A DNA stretch of 32,000 nucleotides from contig CP091279.1 in assembly GCA_021650915.1 (NCBI GenBank), positions 3,180,001 to 3,212,000 of the forward strand. The letters run 5' to 3'. The position numbers and the translations under genes were made by a program. Source of the DNA: Candidatus Brocadia sp. GTDB lineage: Bacteria; Planctomycetota; Brocadiia; Brocadiales; Brocadiaceae. How positions within the stretch are numbered: the first letter of the stretch is position 1; each line of letters begins with the position of its first letter. The notes under the pieces were generated by a model that worked only from the letters and a program-made list of their open reading frames with translations, made no database searches and was not told where the DNA came from. Shown in pieces: positions 1-7,602 of the stretch.

Positions 1-297
1 CAAACCATGGTGAAAGACAGCATAGATGCATTTGTGAACAAGGATACGGCGCTTGCCAGGGCTGTCGCTGAACGCGATTCCACCGTAGATTCCCTGAACG
101 ACCAGATATTCAGGGAGCTATTGACCTACATGATGCAGGACCCGGCAAACATAACGCGGGCAGTGCATTTGATTCTGATTTCCCGTCATCTGGAAAGGAT
201 TGCAGATCACTCCACCAACATTGCCGAAGAGGTCATCTATATTGTCAAGGCCAAGGTCGTCAAGCATCGCAGCACCAGTCTGGAAGAGATTTCGTAG
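1..297 (+). CDS. phoU: PhoU-family phosphate transport regulator, C-terminal part (5' end outside window)
   Basis: The frame is open from base 1. The translation ...AVAERDSTVDSLNDQIFRELLTYMM...HLILISRHLERIADHSTNIAEEVIY looks like a second PhoU repeat with the RIADH motif. Stop TAG at 295-297. Confidence 0.85.
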   Translation, partial: QTMVKDSIDAFVNKDTALARAVAERDSTVDSLNDQIFRELLTYMMQDPANITRAVHLILISRHLERIADHSTNIAEEVIYIVKAKVVKHRSTSLEEIS

Positions 298-467
298 TGC
301 CTTTCAAAGATAGTGGTGATCTTTTTAGTAAAGATCGGACTCTCCGGAATATCCCAAAAGAAGGAATACTTTCTATCAGCAATAGTTTACACCGCGGTTT
401 AACAATAAAACAAGTGACCCTGGCGGAAAATAAGTAATTTGCAAAACAAGTTTTAACCGGTTTTCGA

Positions 468-497
468 TTGAGTTTTTATATCATTTTGTGCTATATT
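468..497 (+). promoter_or_regulatory. Candidate sigma70 promoter for mdh (TTGAGT-N18-TGcTATATT)
   Basis: TTGAGT at 468-473 and TATATT at 492-497, preceded by an extended -10 TG. It lies about 55 nt upstream of the GTG start at 553. Motif match only. Confidence 0.35.
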
Positions 498-552
498 CTT
501 CACCTTGCTTCAACGAGATAGTGCTGTAAAAAACGAAAAAAAGGAGGTCGGT

Positions 553-1488
553 GTGGCGAGAAAAAAGATAACCGTTGTCGGCGCCGGGAACGTAGGGGCT
601 ACCACGGCTCAGCGCCTTGCTGAAAAAGAGCTCGGTGACGTGATTCTGATGGATATCGTACAGGACATGCCACAGGGAAAGGCCCTGGATATCCTGGAAT
701 CTGCGCCAATCTATGGGTATGATTCAATGGTCAGTGGCACAAACGGGTACGAGGAAACAAGAGGGTCTGATATCGTGGTCATTACCTCTGGTGTGGCCAG
801 AAAACCGGGGATGAGCAGGGATGACTTGCTGAAAACGAACGCTGGCATTGTAAAAGGGGTAGTTGAAAATGTGGTAAAAACCTCGCCTGATGCCATTTTG
901 ATCGTTGTGTCTAACCCCCTGGATGCTATGACCTATGTGGCCTACAAGGTGAGTCATTTCCCAAAACATCGCGTCATTGGCATGGCGGGCGTTCTGGATG
1001 CTGCGCGGTTTCGCGCCTTCCTTGCATTAGAGCTCAGGGTTTCGGTAGAAAACATTCATGCCTTTGTATTGGGTGGACATGGGGATACCATGGTCCCTTT
1101 GACGCGATATACGACGATTGCAGGAGTCTCTGTAGAGGAACTCATACCGAAAGGTCGCCTGGAGGCAATCGTAAAACGCACCAGAGATGGCGGTGCAGAG
1201 ATTGTGAACCTGCTCAAGACGGGCAGCGCCTTTTATGCCCCATCGGCAGCAGTGGCAGAGATGGCGGAATCCATTCTAAAAGACAAAAGGAAGATACTGC
1301 CTTGTGCCGTTTTGTGTGAAGGAGAATACAGCATTAATGGCCTCTTTGTGGGTGTGCCGGTAAAACTCGGTGGAAAGGGCATTGAACAGATCTTTGAGGT
1401 CAAACTTAATGGAGAAGAGGCTGCTGCCTTGAAACGGTCTGCCGAGGCGGTGAAAACTCTGTGCGAACAAGTGGATAAATTACTGTAA
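553..1488 (+). CDS. mdh: Malate dehydrogenase (LDH-like NAD-dependent MDH)
   Basis: The ORF track gives 505..1488. I prefer the GTG at 553 because AAGGAGG at 541-547 sits 5 nt upstream and the predicted promoter would place the TSS near 505. [15 protein letters not shown] is a Rossmann motif; [27 protein letters not shown] and GGHGDTMVP are typical of the LDH/MDH family. Confidence 0.9.
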   Translation: MARKKITVVGAGNVGATTAQRLAEKELGDVILMDIVQDMPQGKALDILESAPIYGYDSMVSGTNGYEETRGSDIVVITSGVARKPGMSRDDLLKTNAGIVKGVVENVVKTSPDAILIVVSNPLDAMTYVAYKVSHFPKHRVIGMAGVLDAARFRAFLALELRVSVENIHAFVLGGHGDTMVPLTRYTTIAGVSVEELIPKGRLEAIVKRTRDGGAEIVNLLKTGSAFYAPSAAVAEMAESILKDKRKILPCAVLCEGEYSINGLFVGVPVKLGGKGIEQIFEVKLNGEEAAALKRSAEAVKTLCEQVDKLL

Positions 1489-1552
1489 ATACCGGAACCA
1501 TACTCGGAAGCCGGAATACCGAAATCAGTTGGACGGCTGATTGCAAAAAAGC

Positions 1553-2125
1553 ATGAATCTGATGAAAGCAGAAAAACGTTTACTCGAAATTCTTTTGCAA
1601 AAATCCTTTAAGTACAGCGAAGAACCTGTCTTCAAATTGGTATCGGGAAGGATGAGCAACTACTACATCAATTGCAAAACGACAACGTTGGACCCGGAGG
1701 CGATGCTTTTAATCGGGCATCTTTTCTATCAGAAGGTCAAACCGTTTCATATCCATGCCATTGGCGGGCTGACTTTGGGCGCCGACCCGATTGCCTTCGC
1801 TACCGCCATGGTCAGCGGCATGCAGGACGATGCGATTAATGCCTTTGTTGTGCGAAAAAAGGCAAAGGAACATGGGCTAATGAAATGGATTGAAGGTAAC
1901 GTGCGGGAAGGGGACCGGGTTGTGATCGTAGATGATGTCGTAACTACCGGACAATCGACGATAGACGCCATTGACCGCGCCCGGGAGTCAAACTTACATG
2001 TTATGAAGGCCATTGCCCTGGTGGATCGCCAGGAAGGGGGACGGGAGAATATTGAAAGGAAAGAAATCCCTTTTGAGGCGGTCTTTACCAGAGAGGATTT
2101 AATGAGCCTGTACAAGAGATCGTAA
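1553..2125 (+). CDS. pyrE: Orotate phosphoribosyltransferase
   Basis: The ORF is open from TTG 1541, and ATG 1553 is the first ATG. FKLVSGRMSNYYINCK and the PRTase motif VVIVDDVVTTGQSTIDAI are present. Length is about 190 aa. Confidence 0.85.
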   Translation: MNLMKAEKRLLEILLQKSFKYSEEPVFKLVSGRMSNYYINCKTTTLDPEAMLLIGHLFYQKVKPFHIHAIGGLTLGADPIAFATAMVSGMQDDAINAFVVRKKAKEHGLMKWIEGNVREGDRVVIVDDVVTTGQSTIDAIDRARESNLHVMKAIALVDRQEGGRENIERKEIPFEAVFTREDLMSLYKRS

Positions 2126-2158
2126 TGTCCGTCACAAACACTAAATGGATAGACACGC

Positions 2159-2527
2159 ATGAATGTTGAAAAACGGGGCTTCTGGTCGTGGTTTTTGCAA
2201 AGAATTACCGCCCTATTGCTCGTTATGGGGATGGCTATTCATTTCTTTGTCTTTCATTTTAGCCCCAGCCGGTATGCCTCCCGCTATTATGACGAAATTA
2301 TTCATCGTTTTTGCTCCCCCGGATGGATCGCTTTCCATATCACTCTCCTTGCGTTGGTTGTTTTTCATGGTTTGAATGGGTTGTGGGGTATCTTTGCAGA
2401 CTTTCCTTGGAATGAAAGGACCGTCAATTTTGTGAGATGTGCTCTCTGGTTTACGGGGCTTGCCCTCTTTGGTGTTGGGGTATATATTCTTATTTGGTTT
2501 GCAACAGCGACACCTGCTGGATTTTAG
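2159..2527 (+). CDS. Succinate dehydrogenase/fumarate reductase membrane anchor subunit (SdhD-like)
   Basis: 122 aa with three hydrophobic helices. It has an RITALLLV motif like SdhD (R-x-T-A) and a candidate heme-ligand His in VFHGLNG. It lies directly upstream of a second anchor gene and sdhA. Confidence 0.6.
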   Translation: MNVEKRGFWSWFLQRITALLLVMGMAIHFFVFHFSPSRYASRYYDEIIHRFCSPGWIAFHITLLALVVFHGLNGLWGIFADFPWNERTVNFVRCALWFTGLALFGVGVYILIWFATATPAGF

Positions 2528-2536
2528 GTCACAGCA

Positions 2537-2911
2537 ATGAATATTCAGAAGATAAAAGAAGGTTATAAAGATTTCGTAAAAAACAGGAATATGGGTATGT
2601 ATGCCTTCTGGCTCCATCGCATTACCGGTATTGTGATTACCGTCTTTTTATTTTTGCATATCTGGACCCTGAGCGCTGTCTTTCGCGGGAAAGATGCCTA
2701 TGATTATGCCATCAGTAAATTTGACACGAAATTTGGGTATCTGTTTCAGTATGTTTTGCTCCTTATCGTGGCGATACATTTGATAAACGGACTACGGATT
2801 ACGGTTGTTGACTTTTGCGGTGTTACCCGCAGTCAGAAAAAATTGTTGTGGATATCGCTTTTCGTCCTCATATTAATTGCCGCCGTTGGTGTTATGACGG
2901 TACTTTTGTGA
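2537..2911 (+). CDS. Succinate dehydrogenase cytochrome b subunit (SdhC-like)
   Basis: 124 aa with three hydrophobic helices. It has LHRITGIV (an SdhC-like HR-x-[ST]-G motif) and a second His in AIHLINGLR. Assigned from context with sdhA. Confidence 0.6.
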   Translation: MNIQKIKEGYKDFVKNRNMGMYAFWLHRITGIVITVFLFLHIWTLSAVFRGKDAYDYAISKFDTKFGYLFQYVLLLIVAIHLINGLRITVVDFCGVTRSQKKLLWISLFVLILIAAVGVMTVLL

Positions 2912-2969
2912 TTATCCAACATTAAGTATTACCAACTCATTCCGAAAAACGGCATTAATTAAGATTGCG

Positions 2970-3120
2970 GTAGCACTTTAGTTTTTTGAAAAATTACCAT
3001 AATAACGATGTTACCGCACGGTGTAGGGGCGAAGCATTTGCCATAAATTGACATAAATGTATTCATACCCCAAACTGGCAAATGCTTCGCCCCCACCTTT
3101 TCAAAAAACTAAATTGTTAC
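2970..3120. mobile_element. MITE-like element, copy 1 (151 bp)
   Basis: Terminal inverted repeats GTAGCACTTTAGTTTTTTGAAAA (2970-) and TTTTCAAAAAACTAAATTGTTAC (-3120). An internal 20-bp hairpin pairs GTAGGGGCGAAGCATTTGCC (3023-3042) with GGCAAATGCTTCGCCCCCAC (3077-3096). A near-identical copy at 19140-19509 carries an insertion. No coding capacity. Confidence 0.65.
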
Positions 3121-3183
3121 AGATTGCGAAGGTATAATGGCAAAAGTCATCAGCATACAAATAAGGTCGAAAAGGAAACATTT

Positions 3184-4908
3184 ATGATTTACCATGATGC
3201 CATTGTCGTGGGTGGAGGGTTGGCTGGTTTAAGGGCAGCCGTTGCGCTCAATCAGCATAATGTGAAGGTTGCGGTGATTTCCAAGGTGCACCCCATCCGG
3301 TCGCATTCCGTTGCCGCTCAGGGTGGAATCAATGCCCCCCTGGGCAATCACCCGCGCGGCGTTTATGACACCTGGGAAAAGCACGCCTTCGATACGGTAA
3401 AGGGGAGCGACTATCTCGCGGATCAGGACGCCGTTATCCGTATGGCCAGGGAAGCTGCCAGCCGTATCTACGAGATGGAACACTGGGGGTGTCCTTTTAG
3501 CCGGACTTCTGAAGGAAAGATCGCCCAGCGCCCCTTTGGTGGCGCTGGTTTTCCCCGGACCTGCTATGCGGCGGATAAAACCGGGCATGCCCTTTTGCAC
3601 ACCTTGTACCAGCAAGTCATGAAGTTTAAACATGCCTCTGAGCGGAAAGAGATGATGATCTATGATGAATGGCTGGTTGTGGAATTGGTGGTTGAAGATG
3701 GGGTCTGTGCAGGGTTGATTGCACTGGATCTGATGAGCGGACAATTGGAGGCATTCCACGCAGGGGCGGTAATTTTTGCGACGGGAGGTGTTGGCCGTAT
3801 TTACGGGAACAGCACGAATGCCCTGATTAATACCGGCATGAGTATGGCATTGTCCTATTGGGCGGGAGTGCCACTCAAGGATATGGAGTTTGTCCAGTTT
3901 CATCCAACGACGCTGTTGGGTAAAAATATCTTGATCACCGAAGGTTGCCGTGGTGAAGGTGGTTTTTTACTGAATAACAAGGGCGAGCGCTTTTTAGCCA
4001 AATACAGCGATTCAAAGAAAGACATGGAAGTGGCTCCCCGTGACATCATTTCCAGGAATATTGTGCGTGAGATCATGGCAGGCGGCGGTTTCAACCAGAG
4101 CTACGTGCATTTGGATTTACGACATCTGGGCGAGGAAAAGATCGTCCAGAGACTGCCGGGCATTCGGGATATCTGTTTGGAATTTACCGGAGTAGACCCG
4201 GTTACCGATCCCATTCCTATCCAGCCGGGTCAGCATTATACCATGGGGGGGATTGATTGTAACACAGAAGGGGAAACGGCGGTAAAAGGCTTTTATGCGG
4301 CCGGGGAGGCGGCCTGTGTGAGTGTGCATGGGGCAAACCGGCTGGGAGGAAATTCATTATTAGACACGATTGTCTTTGGAACGATTGCAGGCGGCAATGC
4401 TGCCAGATATGTACAGGGATTGGGGGGGAAAAAGGGTGAGGTCGCCCTCGCCAGCGCCTTAAAGCGCGCCGAGGAAAGGATTGATGCATTGGGTAAATCA
4501 GGGGGAAATGAAATTCCGGTTGATATCAAAGTCACCCTTAATAAAGTTATGGATAGCAAGGTAGGTATCTTCCGCGAAGCCGCTAACCTGAAAGAAGCCG
4601 TGAACGATATCAGGGTCTTACAGGAGCGCTATAAGCGCATTAAGCTGAATTATACCGGTAAACGGGCCAACCTCAGCCTTGCATGGGCATTAGAGCTGAA
4701 GGGAAGTCTCGATGTTGCTGCGGCTGTTGTTGCCGGAGCGCTGGCGCGCGAGGAGAGCAGGGGTTCTCATTTCCGGACCGATTTCCCGAAACGAGACGAT
4801 AAGGTTTGGCTGAAGCACACACTGGCATATTTCGCCCCGGATGGTGTTAGATTAGACTATAAACCTGTTACCATTGGACCATTTGAACCGCAGGAGAGAA
4901 AATATTAA
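3184..4908 (+). CDS. sdhA: Succinate dehydrogenase/fumarate reductase flavoprotein subunit
   Basis: Start ATG 3184 gives MIYHDAIVVGGGLAGLRAA, an FAD dinucleotide fold. RSHSVAAQGGINA carries the covalent-FAD His region, and HPT, HYTMGG and GANRLGGNSLLD are flavoprotein motifs. The track's 3082 start lies inside the MITE arm and is rejected. Confidence 0.93.
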   Translation: MIYHDAIVVGGGLAGLRAAVALNQHNVKVAVISKVHPIRSHSVAAQGGINAPLGNHPRGVYDTWEKHAFDTVKGSDYLADQDAVIRMAREAASRIYEMEHWGCPFSRTSEGKIAQRPFGGAGFPRTCYAADKTGHALLHTLYQQVMKFKHASERKEMMIYDEWLVVELVVEDGVCAGLIALDLMSGQLEAFHAGAVIFATGGVGRIYGNSTNALINTGMSMALSYWAGVPLKDMEFVQFHPTTLLGKNILITEGCRGEGGFLLNNKGERFLAKYSDSKKDMEVAPRDIISRNIVREIMAGGGFNQSYVHLDLRHLGEEKIVQRLPGIRDICLEFTGVDPVTDPIPIQPGQHYTMGGIDCNTEGETAVKGFYAAGEAACVSVHGANRLGGNSLLDTIVFGTIAGGNAARYVQGLGGKKGEVALASALKRAEERIDALGKSGGNEIPVDIKVTLNKVMDSKVGIFREAANLKEAVNDIRVLQERYKRIKLNYTGKRANLSLAWALELKGSLDVAAAVVAGALAREESRGSHFRTDFPKRDDKVWLKHTLAYFAPDGVRLDYKPVTIGPFEPQERKY

Positions 4909-4927
4909 TAGCGACAGCAGGGCAGAT

Positions 4928-6808
4928 ATGACACACACGAGAATAGTATTTGCAACGGATAACAAAGAGAAATACGGAGATATTGTCGGTTATTTAAGAC
5001 AACAGGGATTTGCCAATACCATGATTGTAACCAATGGAGACGAAGTCTTAAGGTGCCTTCATGACAACCCTATAGATTTTGCCATACTGGATATAGATCT
5101 GCCGGCATTGGATGGGTTTCAGATATGCAGAATTATGAAATCTGCGGCATTTAAGCATGGCAACGACGTTCCTGTCGTCCTGCTGTCGGGAACGCATCAA
5201 AACTACCTGGCGTCTCAATTGGCGTGTTCGGTTGGCGCTTATGGTATTCTTCATGCGCCGGTTGCAGGGGCGGATGTATTACATCTGATGTATCAGAAAT
5301 TTTGTCCCGAAAAGGTTCCTCCTGGCAAGGCTAGCACCTTGCAATATCCGGCAAAGGCATTGATTGCCGCAAATGATGCCGATACGGCGAGGATGTTAGA
5401 ACGCGTTGTGAGCGCTGAAGGGTATGGAATTTTAGCGGCAAACGACAGAAAAGAGGTTATGCGTGTCCTGACGATGGAAAGACCTCAGATTGTTTTTTTG
5501 TCCTCTGATATGGCAACGCTAAATGAAGCGGCGATACTAAAGCAAATTAAGAAAACCATGCCAGAGACTGCGGTTGTTGTCATCGTTGACCGTGGTTCAG
5601 AAGCCATAATGATGAATGCGATGAAGGCGGGCGCAGACGACTATATCATCCGGCCATTTGATGAAAAAACGGCTGCCGGCGTTTGTAATAATGCGACAAA
5701 AAAGTATCATATGAAGCGCCTCGATAAACAGATGAACGAGGCAGAATTACAAACGTATTCCATCATAGAGGGGATGGTTGACGGCGTTATTTTAATGGAT
5801 ACGCATGGTAAAATAGCATTCATCAACAGGGCAGGGAATGAGATGTTCAGATATTTAGATGTCAGGAGAGACCATGATGGCGCTATCGTGGGTTTCAATA
5901 ATGTTGAGTTCAAAGAAATTTGTAGCGAGATATTTGTCAAAAAACAGCGATACCTTTCTTGTGAAATACGCACGAAAGAAAACGAAGAAAAATATTTTGT
6001 TGTTGTCGCCTCACCAGTGCCTGACGTTGCTGGAGAAAAAGCGGATGTCATTATTGTGCTCAGGGAAGTAACGCGCGAATACCAGCTACAACACCAGGTG
6101 GTAAAGACCGAAAGACTCTTTGCCGTGAGCAACTTAATAGCAGGGGCAGCTCATGAATTAAACAATCCTTTGGCAGGAATTCAGCTCTGCGCCGATCTTG
6201 TGCTCAATGAGCCTTCCATTAGTGAAAAAGCAAAAAAATATTTGAACAGGATACAGAAAGAGACGGATCAGATACAGAGTGTCATAAAAAGCCTGTTGAC
6301 CCTTACCGGCAATTACACCCTTTCAAAAGAACCGATTAATCCGAACGATATTCTTGAGGAAATTATCGAACAAAAGGCAGATCAATTTGAATATGCAAAT
6401 ATTACCCTCTTCAAATTCCTGGATGAAAAATTACCGGTAGTTTTTGTGGACAAGAATCAAATCCGGCGGGTTTTCATGGACATTATCGAAAATGCCTGCG
6501 CCTCTATGGGAGAGGCAAAAACGGAGAAGTGTTTGACCATTCGGACAGAGGGGCAGGGAGACAAAGTAAGCATCATCATTTCAGACACGGGCCCTGGAAT
6601 ACCACAAGAATATCTTACAAGGATATTTGAGCCATTTTTTACTGCTAAACATATCAAGCATAGCAAAGGAACCGGTTTGGGTTTATCCATTGCTCATAGC
6701 ATCGTTCACCAGCATAACGGCAGGATTTATGCGGAAAGTGCGTCGGGTTCGGGATCAACATTCGTGGTTGAATTGCCGGCAAACAAATGCTCTTCCGTAT
6801 CCCTGTAA
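4928..6808 (+). CDS. Hybrid sensor histidine kinase (REC-REC-PAS-HisKA-HATPase)
   Basis: ATG 4928 lies 20 nt after the sdhA stop. There are two receiver-like domains (FAILDIDLPALDG, then VVIVDRGSEAIMMNAMKAGADDYIIRPF) and a PAS region. The H-box is AGAAHELNNPLAGI and the ATPase G-boxes are DTGPGIP and GTGLGLSI. Confidence 0.85.
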   Translation: MTHTRIVFATDNKEKYGDIVGYLRQQGFANTMIVTNGDEVLRCLHDNPIDFAILDIDLPALDGFQICRIMKSAAFKHGNDVPVVLLSGTHQNYLASQLACSVGAYGILHAPVAGADVLHLMYQKFCPEKVPPGKASTLQYPAKALIAANDADTARMLERVVSAEGYGILAANDRKEVMRVLTMERPQIVFLSSDMATLNEAAILKQIKKTMPETAVVVIVDRGSEAIMMNAMKAGADDYIIRPFDEKTAAGVCNNATKKYHMKRLDKQMNEAELQTYSIIEGMVDGVILMDTHGKIAFINRAGNEMFRYLDVRRDHDGAIVGFNNVEFKEICSEIFVKKQRYLSCEIRTKENEEKYFVVVASPVPDVAGEKADVIIVLREVTREYQLQHQVVKTERLFAVSNLIAGAAHELNNPLAGIQLCADLVLNEPSISEKAKKYLNRIQKETDQIQSVIKSLLTLTGNYTLSKEPINPNDILEEIIEQKADQFEYANITLFKFLDEKLPVVFVDKNQIRRVFMDIIENACASMGEAKTEKCLTIRTEGQGDKVSIIISDTGPGIPQEYLTRIFEPFFTAKHIKHSKGTGLGLSIAHSIVHQHNGRIYAESASGSGSTFVVELPANKCSSVSL

Positions 6809-6842
6809 ACAATCGGATTCATTTTTGTCTTCTCGCGTTTCC

Positions 6843-7065
6843 TTATAGTATTACTGTATAAAAACTTCTTTTTTTTGTAAGTTTTTTCACAAACCTCTTT
6901 CAGGAGGTGCCGTTTTTTATGAGTGAAAGATTGCTTCGCTTCACTCGCAATGACAACGTGCAGTGTGCCATCAAAGTGCATGGTCGCTGTCATTGCGAGG
7001 GCCTTTTCCGAAGCAATCTCCCCGCTTTCATAAAGGAAATTTGGTTGCGGCTGTGCTGCGCTAGG
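6843..7065 (-). repeat. 224-bp dispersed repeat, copy A (inverted relative to copy B at 19168-19391)
   Basis: By eye it is nearly identical to the reverse complement of 19168-19391. I saw one substitution and a T8 versus A9 homopolymer difference. It contains the nested hairpin arms 6929-6954 and 6989-7018. Confidence 0.85.
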
Positions 7066-7374
7066 CAGTCTCACGTTCCTCTTCTGATTCTTCTCCTTCT
7101 GGGCACGGTTCTCATTTACCCTATCCAAAGGGCTATCGATAAAAGCAGCTTTTCCCTCCATCACACAGCCATCTTGTAAAGGCTGGCATGCCTTTTTAAG
7201 CCTCGTACATTCATTGTTTATCTGATAAGGACAAACCCAACTCATTTTTATGGCTCCGTTTTTATTCAAGGATAGGTGAGCTGAAACTTGTTTTTCACTT
7301 CCGTACGCCTTACCACATTGTCCATCATTTTAATAAGAAATGCAAACGTCAAGAAAATATCATTCATACAAAGA

Positions 7375-7400
7375 ATTTTTTCAAAAAGCTAAATTGTTAC
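7375..7400 (-). repeat. Solo MITE terminal-repeat-like sequence
   Basis: TTTTTTCAAAAAGCTAAATTGTTAC matches the MITE ends at 3096-3120 and 19485-19509. Read on the minus strand, it sits in the same order and orientation relative to the 224-bp repeat as the left TIR at 19140. Confidence 0.5.
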
Positions 7401-7450
7401 GTCGTGAGGGGTTTTTAAATAAATCCTCTTGTGTGGGTGTCTTGCGGCTA

Positions 7451-7516
7451 ACCATTTCAAAATGAAAATCATTTGATTCCTACCTCTTGTTTGCTATAAT
7501 TTCATTTTGAAATGGT
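7451..7516 (+). promoter_or_regulatory. Candidate argG promoter bracketed by two palindromic operators
   Basis: Perfect 17-bp inverted repeat: ACCATTTCAAAATGAAA (7451-7467) and TTTCATTTTGAAATGGT (7500-7516). Each arm contains its own TTTCA-N3-TGAAA palindrome. Between them lie TTGATT (7473-7478), a 16-nt spacer and TGcTATAAT (7492-7500). Confidence 0.45.
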
Positions 7517-7602
7517 GTCATTGCCATCTTCAGGTGTGGAAATAGTAGTATACAAAGCTTTTCTTGCTGTTTTTTCAGGATACCATTAGGAGTGTTTTAT
7601 TC

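Noticed and set aside
3082-3183. The upstream extension of sdhA given in the ORF track (start at 3082).
   Set aside because: That ATG lies inside the MITE hairpin arm (ATGCTTCGCCCCCAC). The FAD-binding fold starts right after ATG 3184.
3229-3903. A 224-aa ORF antisense to sdhA.
   Set aside because: The sense strand encodes an unmistakable flavoprotein. The antisense translation is low-complexity with no recognisable motifs, which makes it a typical shadow ORF.
6907-7179. ORFs through the repeats: 6907..7179 on +, and the equivalents 19096..19470 on - and 19156..19383 on +.
   Set aside because: Both strands are open across the same DNA. The copies sit in unrelated contexts and orientations, and the sequence is dominated by hairpin arms. 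It is better explained as a non-coding repeat.
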